From IMG/VR virus record IMGVR_UViG_2585427757_000019: a stretch of DNA of 7,385 nt; one strand, written 5' to 3'. Shown here in pieces: positions 1-6,366 of this stretch. Origin of the DNA: a virus (lineage: Duplodnaviria > Heunggongvirae > Uroviricota > Caudoviricetes). The position numbers were made by a program, and so were the translations under genes. Positions within the stretch are counted from its first letter, which is position 1; the number at the start of each line of letters is the position of its first letter. The notes beneath the pieces were generated by a model that made no database searches, was not told the DNA's origin, and saw only the letters and a program-made list of their open reading frames with translations.

Positions 1-303
<303 letters not shown>

Positions 304-383
304 TCATCGAGATCTGCCACGCGCGGCTCCTTTTGTGCCGCATCCGGCACTGGAAAATTGAATATCTCAGCAGTGTTTGCCAT
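304..383 (-). pseudogene. Lambda O-like replication initiator, N-terminal fragment of about 27 codons truncated by the IS insertion
   Basis: Minus-strand ATG at 383-381 is preceded by GGGAGG (rc of 386-391). The translation MANTAEIFNFPVPDAAQKEPRVADLDD resembles the lambda O N-terminus as I recall it (MTNTAKILNFGRGNFAGQERNVADLDDGY...). After LDD the frame continues into IS sequence (VNAKIIGRF...) and stops at 243-245. The listed ORF 243..473 is this chimera with an upstream in-frame extension. Confidence 0.5.
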
Positions 384-469
384 AATTCCTCCCGCAATGA
401 GTGTGTTACGATTTGCACCTGAAAGTCGGTTCTGTTCCAGCAGACCGGCTTTCGCCATTTCTGAACCTG

Positions 470-1009
470 TCATATCGCCCCCAGCATGGTAGTAACCATC
501 GCCATCAATGGACCAGCCAGATCTGGGTCCACACGAAACATCGACACAATACCTTCACTAATTTCCTTCAGTTTCTGGTGGCGTGGTGCGTTGAGAATGA
601 CAGCCTGTTTTGCCTCACTGAGTTCCTTTTCCATTTCAGCCAACCTAGCCATGAAGCTATCCTGCTCAACCAGGTAACCGCGATATTCCAGCGGTAGTAC
701 CGCCAGAATTGCCGGGGTCAGTTCACGCACGTTATTTCGGTATTTTTCAGAATCGAATTTGTTATCGAGGAAGCGGAACAGCTTCTGGCGTGCACGGCTG
801 ACATCATCAGGGAAATCGATGGTGCCGCCGCCCTGCTCCCGATACTCATTCACAATGAGTGTGGCAACGACATCCTGATTATCTACAGCCGACCAGGCGC
901 GGACGGCATCACGGATTTTTTCGTGGCCTGGCACCTGTTTTGTTTGAGAACGATTTATCACCGCAGTCGGGCTAAATCCGCTAGTCTGTTGGTATGTAAG
1001 TGGTTGCAT
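470..1009 (-). CDS. Regulatory protein in the cII position, possibly YdaT-like (functional CII analogue of Rac/CP-933P-type prophages)
   Basis: 179-aa ORF directly downstream of the cro-like gene on the same strand. AAGGAG lies about 8 nt upstream of the ATG at 1009. Its stop overlaps the next ATG (ATGA at 470-473). Motifs such as EYREQGGG and LTPAILAVLPLEYR are reminiscent of YdaT as I remember it, but this is a tentative family call. Confidence 0.55.
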   Translation of the reverse strand: MQPLTYQQTSGFSPTAVINRSQTKQVPGHEKIRDAVRAWSAVDNQDVVATLIVNEYREQGGGTIDFPDDVSRARQKLFRFLDNKFDSEKYRNNVRELTPAILAVLPLEYRGYLVEQDSFMARLAEMEKELSEAKQAVILNAPRHQKLKEISEGIVSMFRVDPDLAGPLMAMVTTMLGAI

Positions 1010-1078
1010 AATTGACTCCTTTAGTTTGAATTGACTGTTAAGTTGATTGCTTATTGTTAAAGAGCGTGAAATGGAAAT

Positions 1079-1309
1079 TTAAGCTGCGTTCTTTTCGGTG
1101 TGTGGAAACAACTTCGGAAGATCCGGGCGAATCTGGTATGCCTTCACTACTCCACCAGTAGCCGTAACAATGCTGCCGACATGTTCAGGGGATACCTTTG
1201 CTTTGTTGTGAAGCCACTTATAGACGGCCTGCTGTGAAACTTCGCAAGCAGCGCCCAGTTTCTTTTGTGAACCAACGATATTGATCGCTGTTTTGATAGC
1301 TGGGTTCAT
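1079..1309 (-). CDS. Cro-type HTH repressor, YdaS-like
   Basis: 76-aa ORF divergent from the repressor gene, with GGAGG 6-7 nt upstream of the ATG at 1309-1307. The helix-turn-helix segment GSQKKLGAACEVSQQAVYKWL and the RPDL motif fit the Cro/YdaS family. Confidence 0.7.
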   Translation of the reverse strand: MNPAIKTAINIVGSQKKLGAACEVSQQAVYKWLHNKAKVSPEHVGSIVTATGGVVKAYQIRPDLPKLFPHTEKNAA

Positions 1310-1413
1310 AACAACCTCCGTGGTTAATTTGAATCAAGATTAAAACTATGGTTGTTTTTAGTCAACAACCATTTTCGTTTGATGGAATAAAACCTTGGTT
1401 GTACATTTGGACT
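1310..1413. promoter_or_regulatory. OR-like divergent operator/promoter region (pR toward the cro-like gene, pRM toward cI)
   Basis: Perfect inverted repeat ATGGTTGTT-N7-AACAACCAT at 1348-1372. Further AACAACC/GGTTGT half-sites at 1310-1316 and 1397-1402. Minus-strand promoter candidate: -35 TTGACT (rc of 1360-1365), 17-bp spacer, -10 TAATCT (rc of 1337-1342). Plus-strand promoter candidate: -35 TTGATG (1379-1384), 17-bp spacer, -10 TACATT (1402-1407), placing the start site at or next to the cI ATG at 1414. Confidence 0.5.
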
Positions 1414-2103
1414 ATGAAAACAACACTCTCAGAAAGACTTAAAGAAGCCAGATTAGCGCGAGGCCTTACACAAAAGGCGCTTGGGGATTTGGTCGGGGTT
1501 AGCCAGGCTGCTATTCAGAAAATCGAAACAGGGAAAGCTAATCAAACAACTAAAATCGTGGAGATCGCGAACGCTTTGGGTGTGCGCGCAGAATGGTTAT
1601 CTTCTGGCGTTGGAAATATGTCAGATAGTACAGTGCAACCAATACAATCAACTGTCAGCCATTCCAAATACTTCAAGATTGACGTTCTTGATATAGAAGT
1701 CAGTGCTGGGCCGGGAGTCATCAACCGTGAGTTTGTAGAAGTTCTACGCTCGGTTGAGTACTCGTTTGACGATGCTCGTCACATGTTCGATGGTAGGAAG
1801 GCGGAAAATATCCGCATCATTAACGTGCGTGGTGACAGCATGTCAGGAACGATCGAACCAGGTGATCTGCTGTTCGTTGATATCACAGTTAAATCTTTCG
1901 ACGGTGATGGTATCTATGCGTTTCTGTACGACGACACAGCCCATGTAAAGCGCCTGCAAATGATGAAGGATAAGCTGCTGGTCATCTCTGATAACAAAAG
2001 CTACTCACCGTGGGACCCGATCGAGAAAGACGAGATGAACCGGGTGTTCATCTTCGGTAAGGTTATTGGGAGCATGCCGCAGACATATAGGAAGCATGGG
2101 TAG
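1414..2103 (+). CDS. cI: CI-type prophage repressor (N-terminal XRE HTH, C-terminal S24 LexA-like autopeptidase)
   Basis: HTH segment LTQKALGDLVGVSQAAIQKIETG. Ala-Gly candidate cleavage site in EVSAGPG. Catalytic Ser in GDSMSG and Lys in HVKRL. Start placed at 1414 (MKTTLSERL...) because the upstream in-frame ATG at 1348 lies inside the operator palindrome and the promoter geometry predicts a leaderless transcript from 1414. Alternative start 1348 would give 251 aa. Confidence 0.85.
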   Translation: MKTTLSERLKEARLARGLTQKALGDLVGVSQAAIQKIETGKANQTTKIVEIANALGVRAEWLSSGVGNMSDSTVQPIQSTVSHSKYFKIDVLDIEVSAGPGVINREFVEVLRSVEYSFDDARHMFDGRKAENIRIINVRGDSMSGTIEPGDLLFVDITVKSFDGDGIYAFLYDDTAHVKRLQMMKDKLLVISDNKSYSPWDPIEKDEMNRVFIFGKVIGSMPQTYRKHG

Positions 2104-2224
2104 TACCAATTAAAAATTATCAACTGGGCATTGTGCTCATTCAGTAAAGAACTAATTCCTATCTTTGCTCTAGGTAGTAATATTAAGCCACCGCAATAAT
2201 ATCTTTACCTAACGGCGTAAGAAT

Positions 2225-2251
2225 CCCGGTCACCGTGCCGGGTTTTCTTTT
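2225..2251 (+). terminator. Rho-independent terminator downstream of the repressor gene
   Basis: GC stem CCCGG (2225-2229) / CCGGG (2238-2242) with an 8-nt loop, followed by TTTTCTTTT (2243-2251). Confidence 0.6.
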
Positions 2252-2345
2252 GCCCTCCCCTCATCACACACACCGTTAAAAAAACCACCATAACCTCGCT
2301 TCAGTTATCGCTATGCGATTCAAGTCACAAAATAAATCCATCCTA

Positions 2346-2421
2346 AATACAACCAGTTATATCTAAAACAACCAATAAAACAACTTTTGTTGTTGACGAT
2401 AAAACAACTATAGTTTTAAAT
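2346..2421 (+). promoter_or_regulatory. OL/pL-like region: operator repeats and rightward promoter candidates
   Basis: TAAAACAAC occurs three times (2364-2372, 2376-2384, 2400-2408), with a related ATACAACC at 2347-2354 and a palindrome AACAAC-TTTT-GTTGTT at 2379-2394; these share the ACAAC(C) core with the OR sites. Promoter option 1: -35 TTGACG 2393-2398, 17 bp, -10 TTAAAT 2416-2421. Option 2: -35 TTGTTG 2387-2392, 16 bp, -10 TATAGT 2409-2414. Confidence 0.45.
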
Positions 2422-2614
2422 AAGTTCATCGCAACAACACAACGATACGGCAACTACCTGATTCACCGTTGCGATGACCGCTTAGATCCGCAGTTTGAAT
2501 TTCAGCAGGCTTCGGGGAGTGCGAGGGGTGAAACGGACGCGTGAACGTCGGTGTGACCAGCTGAAATTAACTCAACATTTCATACCTTAGTCGCTTCAAC
2601 GAGGCGGCTTAGTT

Positions 2615-2905
2615 ATGACAACCGGCGGCCATCCACCGCCTGAATACGCGCAGAAGTCTCTATATGTTCAGCAGCCCAGCTTACGGGCAGGAGTTTTTAT
2701 GGTTCATCAACATTATGGAACGCAGACCGTTAATCGAGGTGCGGTCATGCCAGGAATGCTGGTCAAACACAAAGATGGTACCTGGACTGCATCAGCTAAT
2801 TTACGCGGACGGCTTTATCTGCATCGCGGCATCGAGCGCACTTATACCCGTGATTTGCTCGTGGAAGTTTTTCTCGACGGACGCGGTAACGGCCTGAATC
2901 ACTAA
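2615..2905 (+). CDS. Hypothetical protein in the kil position immediately upstream of gam; start uncertain
   Basis: 96-codon ORF ending 75 bp before gam. Candidate starts: 2615 (GAGG 10 nt upstream), 2699 (AGGAG 6 nt upstream, 68 aa), 2747 (GAGGT 6 nt upstream, 52 aa). No resemblance to lambda Kil, CIII or N as I recall them. Confidence 0.45.
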   Translation: MTTGGHPPPEYAQKSLYVQQPSLRAGVFMVHQHYGTQTVNRGAVMPGMLVKHKDGTWTASANLRGRLYLHRGIERTYTRDLLVEVFLDGRGNGLNH

Positions 2906-2980
2906 TCCCCTTTCCTGTTTTCCTAATCAGCCTGGCATTTCGCGGGCGATATTTTCACAGCCATTTTCAGGAGGTCAGCC

Positions 2981-3277
2981 ATGAACGCTTATTACATTCA
3001 GGATCGTCTTGAGGCTCAGAGCTGGGCGCGTCACTACCAGCAGATCGCCCGTGAAGAGAAAGAGGCAGAACTGGCAGACGACATGGAAAAAGGCCTGCCC
3101 CAGCACCTGTTTGAATCGCTATGCATCGATCATTTGCAACGCCACGGGGCCAGCAAAAAAGCCATTACCCGTGCGTTTGATGACGATGTTGAGTTTCAGG
3201 AGCGCATGGCAGAACACATCCAGTACATGGTTGAAACCATTGCTCACCACCAGGTTGATATTGATTCAGAGGTATAA
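2981..3277 (+). CDS. gam: Gam, host RecBCD nuclease inhibitor (short 98-aa form)
   Basis: Translation [21 protein letters not shown]...[10 protein letters not shown] matches lambda Gam from memory with only a few substitutions. AGGAGG-like SD (caggagg) lies upstream. Confidence 0.95.
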   Translation: MNAYYIQDRLEAQSWARHYQQIAREEKEAELADDMEKGLPQHLFESLCIDHLQRHGASKKAITRAFDDDVEFQERMAEHIQYMVETIAHHQVDIDSEV

Positions 3278-3282
3278 AACGG

Positions 3283-4068
3283 ATGAGTACAGCACTCGCA
3301 ACGCTGGCAGGGAAGCTGGCTGAACGTGTCGGCATGGATTCTGTCGACCCACAGGAACTGATCACCACTCTTCGCCAGACGGCATTTAAAGGTGATGCCA
3401 GCGATGCGCAGTTCATCGCATTGCTGATCGTCGCCAACCAGTACGGCCTTAATCCGTGGACGAAAGAAATTTACGCCTTCCCTGATAAGCAGAACGGCAT
3501 TGTTCCGGTGGTGGGCGTTGATGGCTGGTCCCGCATCATCAATGAAAACCAGCAGTTTGATGGCATGAACTTTGAGCAGGACAATGAATCCTGTACATGC
3601 CGGATTTACCGCAAGGACCGTAATCATCCGATCTGCGTTACCGAATGGATGGATGAATGCCGCCGCGAACCATTCAAAACCCGCGAAGGCAGAGAAATCA
3701 CGGGGCCGTGGCAGTCGCATCCCAAACGGATGTTACGGCATAAAGCCATGATTCAGTGTGCCCGTCTGGCCTTCGGATTTGCTGGTATCTATGACAAGGA
3801 TGAAGCCGAGCGCATTGTCGAAAATACTGCATACACTGCAGAACGTCAGCCAGAACGCGACATCACTCCGGTTAACGATGAAACCATGCAGGAGATTAAC
3901 ACTCTGCTGATCGCCCTGGATAAAACATGGGATGACGACTTATTGCCGCTCTGTTCCCAGATATTTCGCCGCGACATTCGCGCATCGTCAGAACTGACAC
4001 AGGCCGAAGCAGTGAAAGCTCTTGGATTCCTGAAACAGAAAGCCACTGAGCAGAAGGTGGCAGCATGA
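3283..4068 (+). CDS. bet: Bet (Red beta) single-strand annealing protein
   Basis: 261-aa translation [66 protein letters not shown]... is nearly identical to lambda Bet as I remember it. The stop overlaps the exo start (ATGA at 4065-4068). Confidence 0.97.
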   Translation: MSTALATLAGKLAERVGMDSVDPQELITTLRQTAFKGDASDAQFIALLIVANQYGLNPWTKEIYAFPDKQNGIVPVVGVDGWSRIINENQQFDGMNFEQDNESCTCRIYRKDRNHPICVTEWMDECRREPFKTREGREITGPWQSHPKRMLRHKAMIQCARLAFGFAGIYDKDEAERIVENTAYTAERQPERDITPVNDETMQEINTLLIALDKTWDDDLLPLCSQIFRRDIRASSELTQAEAVKALGFLKQKATEQKVAA

Positions 4069-4745
4069 TACCGGACATTATCCTGCAGCGTACCGGGATC
4101 GACGTGAGAGCTGTCGAACAGGGGGATGATGCATGGCACAAATTACGGCTCGGCGTCATCACCGCTTCAGAAGTTCACAACGTGATAGCAAAGCCCCGCT
4201 CAGGAAAGAAGTGGCCTGACATGAAAATGTCCTACTTCCACACCCTGCTGGCTGAGGTTTGCACCGGTGTGGCTCCGGAAGTTAATGCTAAGGCGCTGGC
4301 CTGGGGAAAACAGTACGAGAACGACGCCAGAACCCTGTTTGAATTCACTTCCGGCGTGAATATTACTGAATCCCCGATCATCTATCGCGACGAAAGTATG
4401 CGCACCGCCTGCTCCCCCGATGGTTTATGCAGTGACGGCAACGGCCTTGAACTGAAATGCCCGTTTACCTCCCGGGATTTCATGAAATTCCGGCTCGGTG
4501 GTTTCGAGGCAATAAAATCGGCTTACATGGCCCAGGTGCAGTACAGCATGTGGGTGACGCGAAAAGATGCCTGGTACTTTGCCAACTATGACCCGCGCAT
4601 GAAGCGTGAAGGCCTGCATTATGTCGTGATTGAGCGGAATGAAAAGTACATGGCGAGTTTTGACGAGATGGTGCCGGAGTTCATCGAAAAAATGGACGAG
4701 GCACTGGCTGAAATTGGTTTTGTATTTGGGGAGCAATGGCGATGA
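4065..4745 (+). CDS. exo: Exo (Red alpha) 5'-3' dsDNA exonuclease
   Basis: 226-aa translation [65 protein letters not shown]... is nearly identical to lambda Exo as I remember it. Confidence 0.97.
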   Translation: MIPDIILQRTGIDVRAVEQGDDAWHKLRLGVITASEVHNVIAKPRSGKKWPDMKMSYFHTLLAEVCTGVAPEVNAKALAWGKQYENDARTLFEFTSGVNITESPIIYRDESMRTACSPDGLCSDGNGLELKCPFTSRDFMKFRLGGFEAIKSAYMAQVQYSMWVTRKDAWYFANYDPRMKREGLHYVVIERNEKYMASFDEMVPEFIEKMDEALAEIGFVFGEQWR

Positions 4746-4924
4746 CGCATCCTCACGATAATATCCGGGTAGGCGCGATCACTTTCGTCTACTCCGTTAC
4801 AAAGCGAGGCTGGGTATTTCCCGGCCTTTCTGTTATCAGAAATCCACTGAAAGCACAGCGGCTGGCTGAGAAGATAAATAATAAACGGGAGGCGGTATGC
4901 ACAAAGCATCTCCTGTTGAGTTAA
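4742..4924 (+). CDS. Small protein of unknown function, lambda orf60a-like
   Basis: The ATG at 4742 overlaps the exo stop (ATGA), giving 60 aa ([60 protein letters not shown]). An in-frame ATG two codons upstream (4736) is the alternative start. Resembles lambda orf60a from memory. Confidence 0.65.
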   Translation: MTHPHDNIRVGAITFVYSVTKRGWVFPGLSVIRNPLKAQRLAEKINNKREAVCTKHLLLS

Positions 4925-5088
4925 GAACGAGTATTGAGATGGCACATAGCCTTGCTCAAATTGGAGTCAGGTTTGTGCCAATACCAGTAGAAACAGACGA
5001 AGAATTTCATACGTTAGCCACATCCCTTTCACAAAAGCTGGAAATGATGGTGGCGAAAGCAGAAGCAGATGAGAGAGACCAGGTATGA
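4897..5088 (+). CDS. Small protein of unknown function, lambda orf63-like
   Basis: 63-aa [66 protein letters not shown] overlapping the end of the previous ORF by 28 bp. Resembles lambda orf63 from memory. Confidence 0.65.
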   Translation: MHKASPVELRTSIEMAHSLAQIGVRFVPIPVETDEEFHTLATSLSQKLEMMVAKAEADERDQV

Positions 5089-5168
5089 CAACCACTGAAT
5101 GCATTTTTCTGGCAGCGGGCTTCATATTCTGTGTGCTTATGCTTGCCGACATGGGGCTTGTTCAATGA
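5085..5168 (+). CDS. Candidate 27-aa hydrophobic micro-protein (MTTTECIFLAAGFIFCVLMLADMGLVQ); not in the supplied ORF track
   Basis: The ATG at 5085 overlaps the orf63-like stop (ATGA) and its TGA stop at 5166-5168 overlaps the ATG of the next ORF at 5165 (ATGA). A 16-residue uncharged core (CIFLAAGFIFCVLMLA) is long enough for one transmembrane helix. GAGAGAGA/AGG purine run lies upstream. Confidence 0.3.
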   Translation: MTTTECIFLAAGFIFCVLMLADMGLVQ

Positions 5169-5380
5169 CACCTCAGCAAGAAAACGCCCTTCGCAGCATT
5201 GCCCGTCAGGCTAATTCTGAAATCAAAAAAGCCAGACAGCATTTTCCGGATAAAAACGTCGATGACATTTGCCGTAGCGTACTAAAGAAGCACCGCGAAA
5301 CGGTAACGCTGATGGGATTCACACCGACTCATTTAAGCCTGGCGATCGGCATGTTGAACGGCGTCTTTAAGGAACGGTAA
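5165..5380 (+). CDS. Hypothetical small protein (71 aa), orf61-position
   Basis: ORF MTPQQENALRSIARQANSEIKKARQHFPDKNVDDICRSVLKKHRETVTLMGFTPTHLSLAIGMLNGVFKER. Start chosen at 5165 because of the ATGA coupling to the upstream micro-ORF. The track's longer version (5099) would overlap that micro-ORF. Confidence 0.5.
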   Translation: MTPQQENALRSIARQANSEIKKARQHFPDKNVDDICRSVLKKHRETVTLMGFTPTHLSLAIGMLNGVFKER

Positions 5381-5402
5381 ACATGAAAAGCAAAATCATC
5401 AG

Positions 5403-5423
5403 GGAGCTACAGGCTCCTTTTTT
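5403..5423 (+). terminator. Rho-independent terminator inside the leftward (pL-type) operon
   Basis: Stem GGAGC (5403-5407) / GCTCC (5413-5417) with loop TACAG, followed by TTTTTT (5418-5423). Confidence 0.65.
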
Positions 5424-5478
5424 ATTATTCGCATTTACCCTCAAGCGTATTAACCAACAATTCAGGGATTAATGAAAG

Positions 5479-5697
5479 ATGGCAGACATCATTGATTCAG
5501 CATCAGAAATCGAAGAATTACAGCGCAATACAGCAATAAAAATGCGTCGTCTGAACTACCAGACTGTATCCGCAACTCATTGTTGTGAGTGTGGCGATCC
5601 GATAGATGAGCGAAGACGCCTGGCTGTTCAGGGTTGTCGGACTTGTGCGAGTTGCCAGGAGGAGATCGAACTTAAGAACAAACAATGGGGACTGTGA
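5479..5697 (+). CDS. TraR/DksA-family C4 zinc-finger protein (lambda Orf73-type)
   Basis: 72-aa ORF with the paired Cys motifs C-x2-C ... C-x2-C (HCCECGDPIDERRRLAVQGCRTCASCQEE), which is the arrangement found in TraR and in the DksA C-terminal zinc finger. Confidence 0.75.
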   Translation: MADIIDSASEIEELQRNTAIKMRRLNYQTVSATHCCECGDPIDERRRLAVQGCRTCASCQEEIELKNKQWGL

Positions 5698-5744
5698 TGG
5701 CCTCAAAGCAGCAAATTTCAACATCGTCCAACTGAGGTGTAAAA

Positions 5745-6023
5745 ATGTTCAGAATCATTTTTCCTAACACCTGGTACGTCGACCACCACGGCACTCCCTG
5801 CAAAATCCTGCGTTCTACCCACAACAAAGTTCACTACATCCGAAAAGGCAGAACATGTATCGCCAGCATGTTCCGCTTTAATCATGACTTTGAACCTGTG
5901 AATAAAGCTGATGCAGATCGGATAGCAGAAGAGATCGAAACGGCAGAACACATTAAGAAGTTACGTGACATGCGTTCAAAAAGCAGAGGTAACCATGGAA
6001 TCATACAGCCTCACACTCGATGA
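5745..6023 (+). CDS. Hypothetical protein (92 aa), His/Cys-rich, in the ea8.5 position next to xis
   Basis: GAGGTG lies 5 nt upstream of the ATG at 5745. The ORF overlaps the xis start by 29 nt. H/C-rich N-terminal half (HHGTPCKILRSTHNKVHYIRKGRTCIASMFRFNH) suggests possible metal binding. No family recognised. Confidence 0.45.
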   Translation: MFRIIFPNTWYVDHHGTPCKILRSTHNKVHYIRKGRTCIASMFRFNHDFEPVNKADADRIAEEIETAEHIKKLRDMRSKSRGNHGIIQPHTR

Positions 6024-6366
6024 GGCCTGTCAGTTTCTTAAGATATCCAGACCAACCGCCACCAACTGGATACGAACAGGCCGCCTACAGGCAACACGTA
6101 AAGATCCAACCAAGCCAAAATCTCCTTACCTCACAACACGGCAAGCCTGCATTGCGGCGCTTCAGTCTCCGCTGCATACTGTCCAGGTGAGCGCGGGTGA
6201 TGGCATAACAGAGGAAAGAAAATGTCACTCTTCCGCAGAAATGAAATATGGTATGCCTCGTATTCGCTCCCGGGCGGGAAACGAATTAAGGAATCTCTTG
6301 GCACAAAGGACAAGCGGCAAGCTCAGGAGTTGCACGACAAGCGAAAAGCAGAACTCTGGCGAGTAG
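5995..6366 (+). CDS. xis: Excisionase / AlpA-type HTH DNA-binding protein; 3' end uncertain
   Basis: GAGG lies 5 nt upstream of the ATG at 5995. The N-terminal segment [26 protein letters not shown] is a typical excisionase-family HTH, and the gene sits immediately upstream of int. The frame stays open to 6366, overlapping int by 145 nt in another frame. Confidence 0.6.
   Translation: MESYSLTLDEACQFLKISRPTATNWIRTGRLQATRKDPTKPKSPYLTTRQACIAALQSPLHTVQVSAGDGITEERKCHSSAEMKYGMPRIRSRAGNELRNLLAQRTSGKLRSCTTSEKQNSGE

Noticed and set aside
1348-1413. Upstream in-frame ATG at 1348 giving a 251-aa repressor (the form in the ORF track)
   Set aside because: The ATG sits inside the 25-bp operator palindrome and would leave only 38 bp between the divergent genes. 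The promoter geometry and N-terminal composition favour the start at 1414.
1481-1948. ORFs 1481-1696 (+), 1542-1724 (-) and 1754-1948 (+) inside the repressor gene
   Set aside because: Nested in alternative frames of a gene with clear HTH and S24 peptidase motifs.
2104-2224. AT-rich spacer after the repressor gene as a possible site of rexAB-like exclusion genes or a small minus-strand gene
   Set aside because: No ORF of meaningful length on either strand. The segment is best explained as the 3' untranslated region leading to the terminator at 2225-2251.
2664-2897. 77-codon ORF in an alternative frame overlapping the kil-position ORF
   Set aside because: Completely nested within the other ORF, no SD sequence at either of its ATGs, and no resemblance to cIII or other known small phage proteins. 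Most likely a frame artefact, though one of the two overlapping frames must be wrong and I cannot fully exclude this one.
2924-2980. Long (138-aa type) Gam isoform starting upstream of 2981
   Set aside because: An in-frame TAA at 2924-2926 closes the frame 57 nt upstream of the ATG, and the upstream sequence differs from the lambda long-Gam start region.
3009-3720. ORFs 3009-3323 (+), 3165-3437 (-) and 3244-3720 (-) overlapping gam and bet
   Set aside because: They lie in alternative or antisense frames of genes whose products are near-identical to well-characterised lambda proteins. Long open antisense frames are common in such GC-balanced coding sequence.
3846-4945. Minus-strand ORFs 3846-4139, 3896-4162, 4425-4736 and 4619-4945
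   Set aside because: Antisense to bet, exo and orf60a, with no SD sequences noticed and low-complexity, Ser/Cys-rich translations typical of non-coding frames.
5099-5164. N-terminal extension of the orf61-position ORF to the ATG at 5099 (93 aa)
   Set aside because: The extension overlaps the doubly coupled 27-codon micro-ORF in another frame, and an in-frame stop at 5096-5098 shows this frame is not continuous with upstream coding. Start at 5165 preferred, but not certain.
5518-5951. Minus-strand ORFs 5518-5724 and 5718-5951
   Set aside because: Antisense to the TraR-like gene and the 92-aa ORF, which both have SD sequences and lie in operon orientation.
5965-5994. Excisionase start at the ATG at 5965 (133 aa)
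   Set aside because: No SD before 5965, whereas GAGG precedes the ATG at 5995 and the HTH begins right after it.
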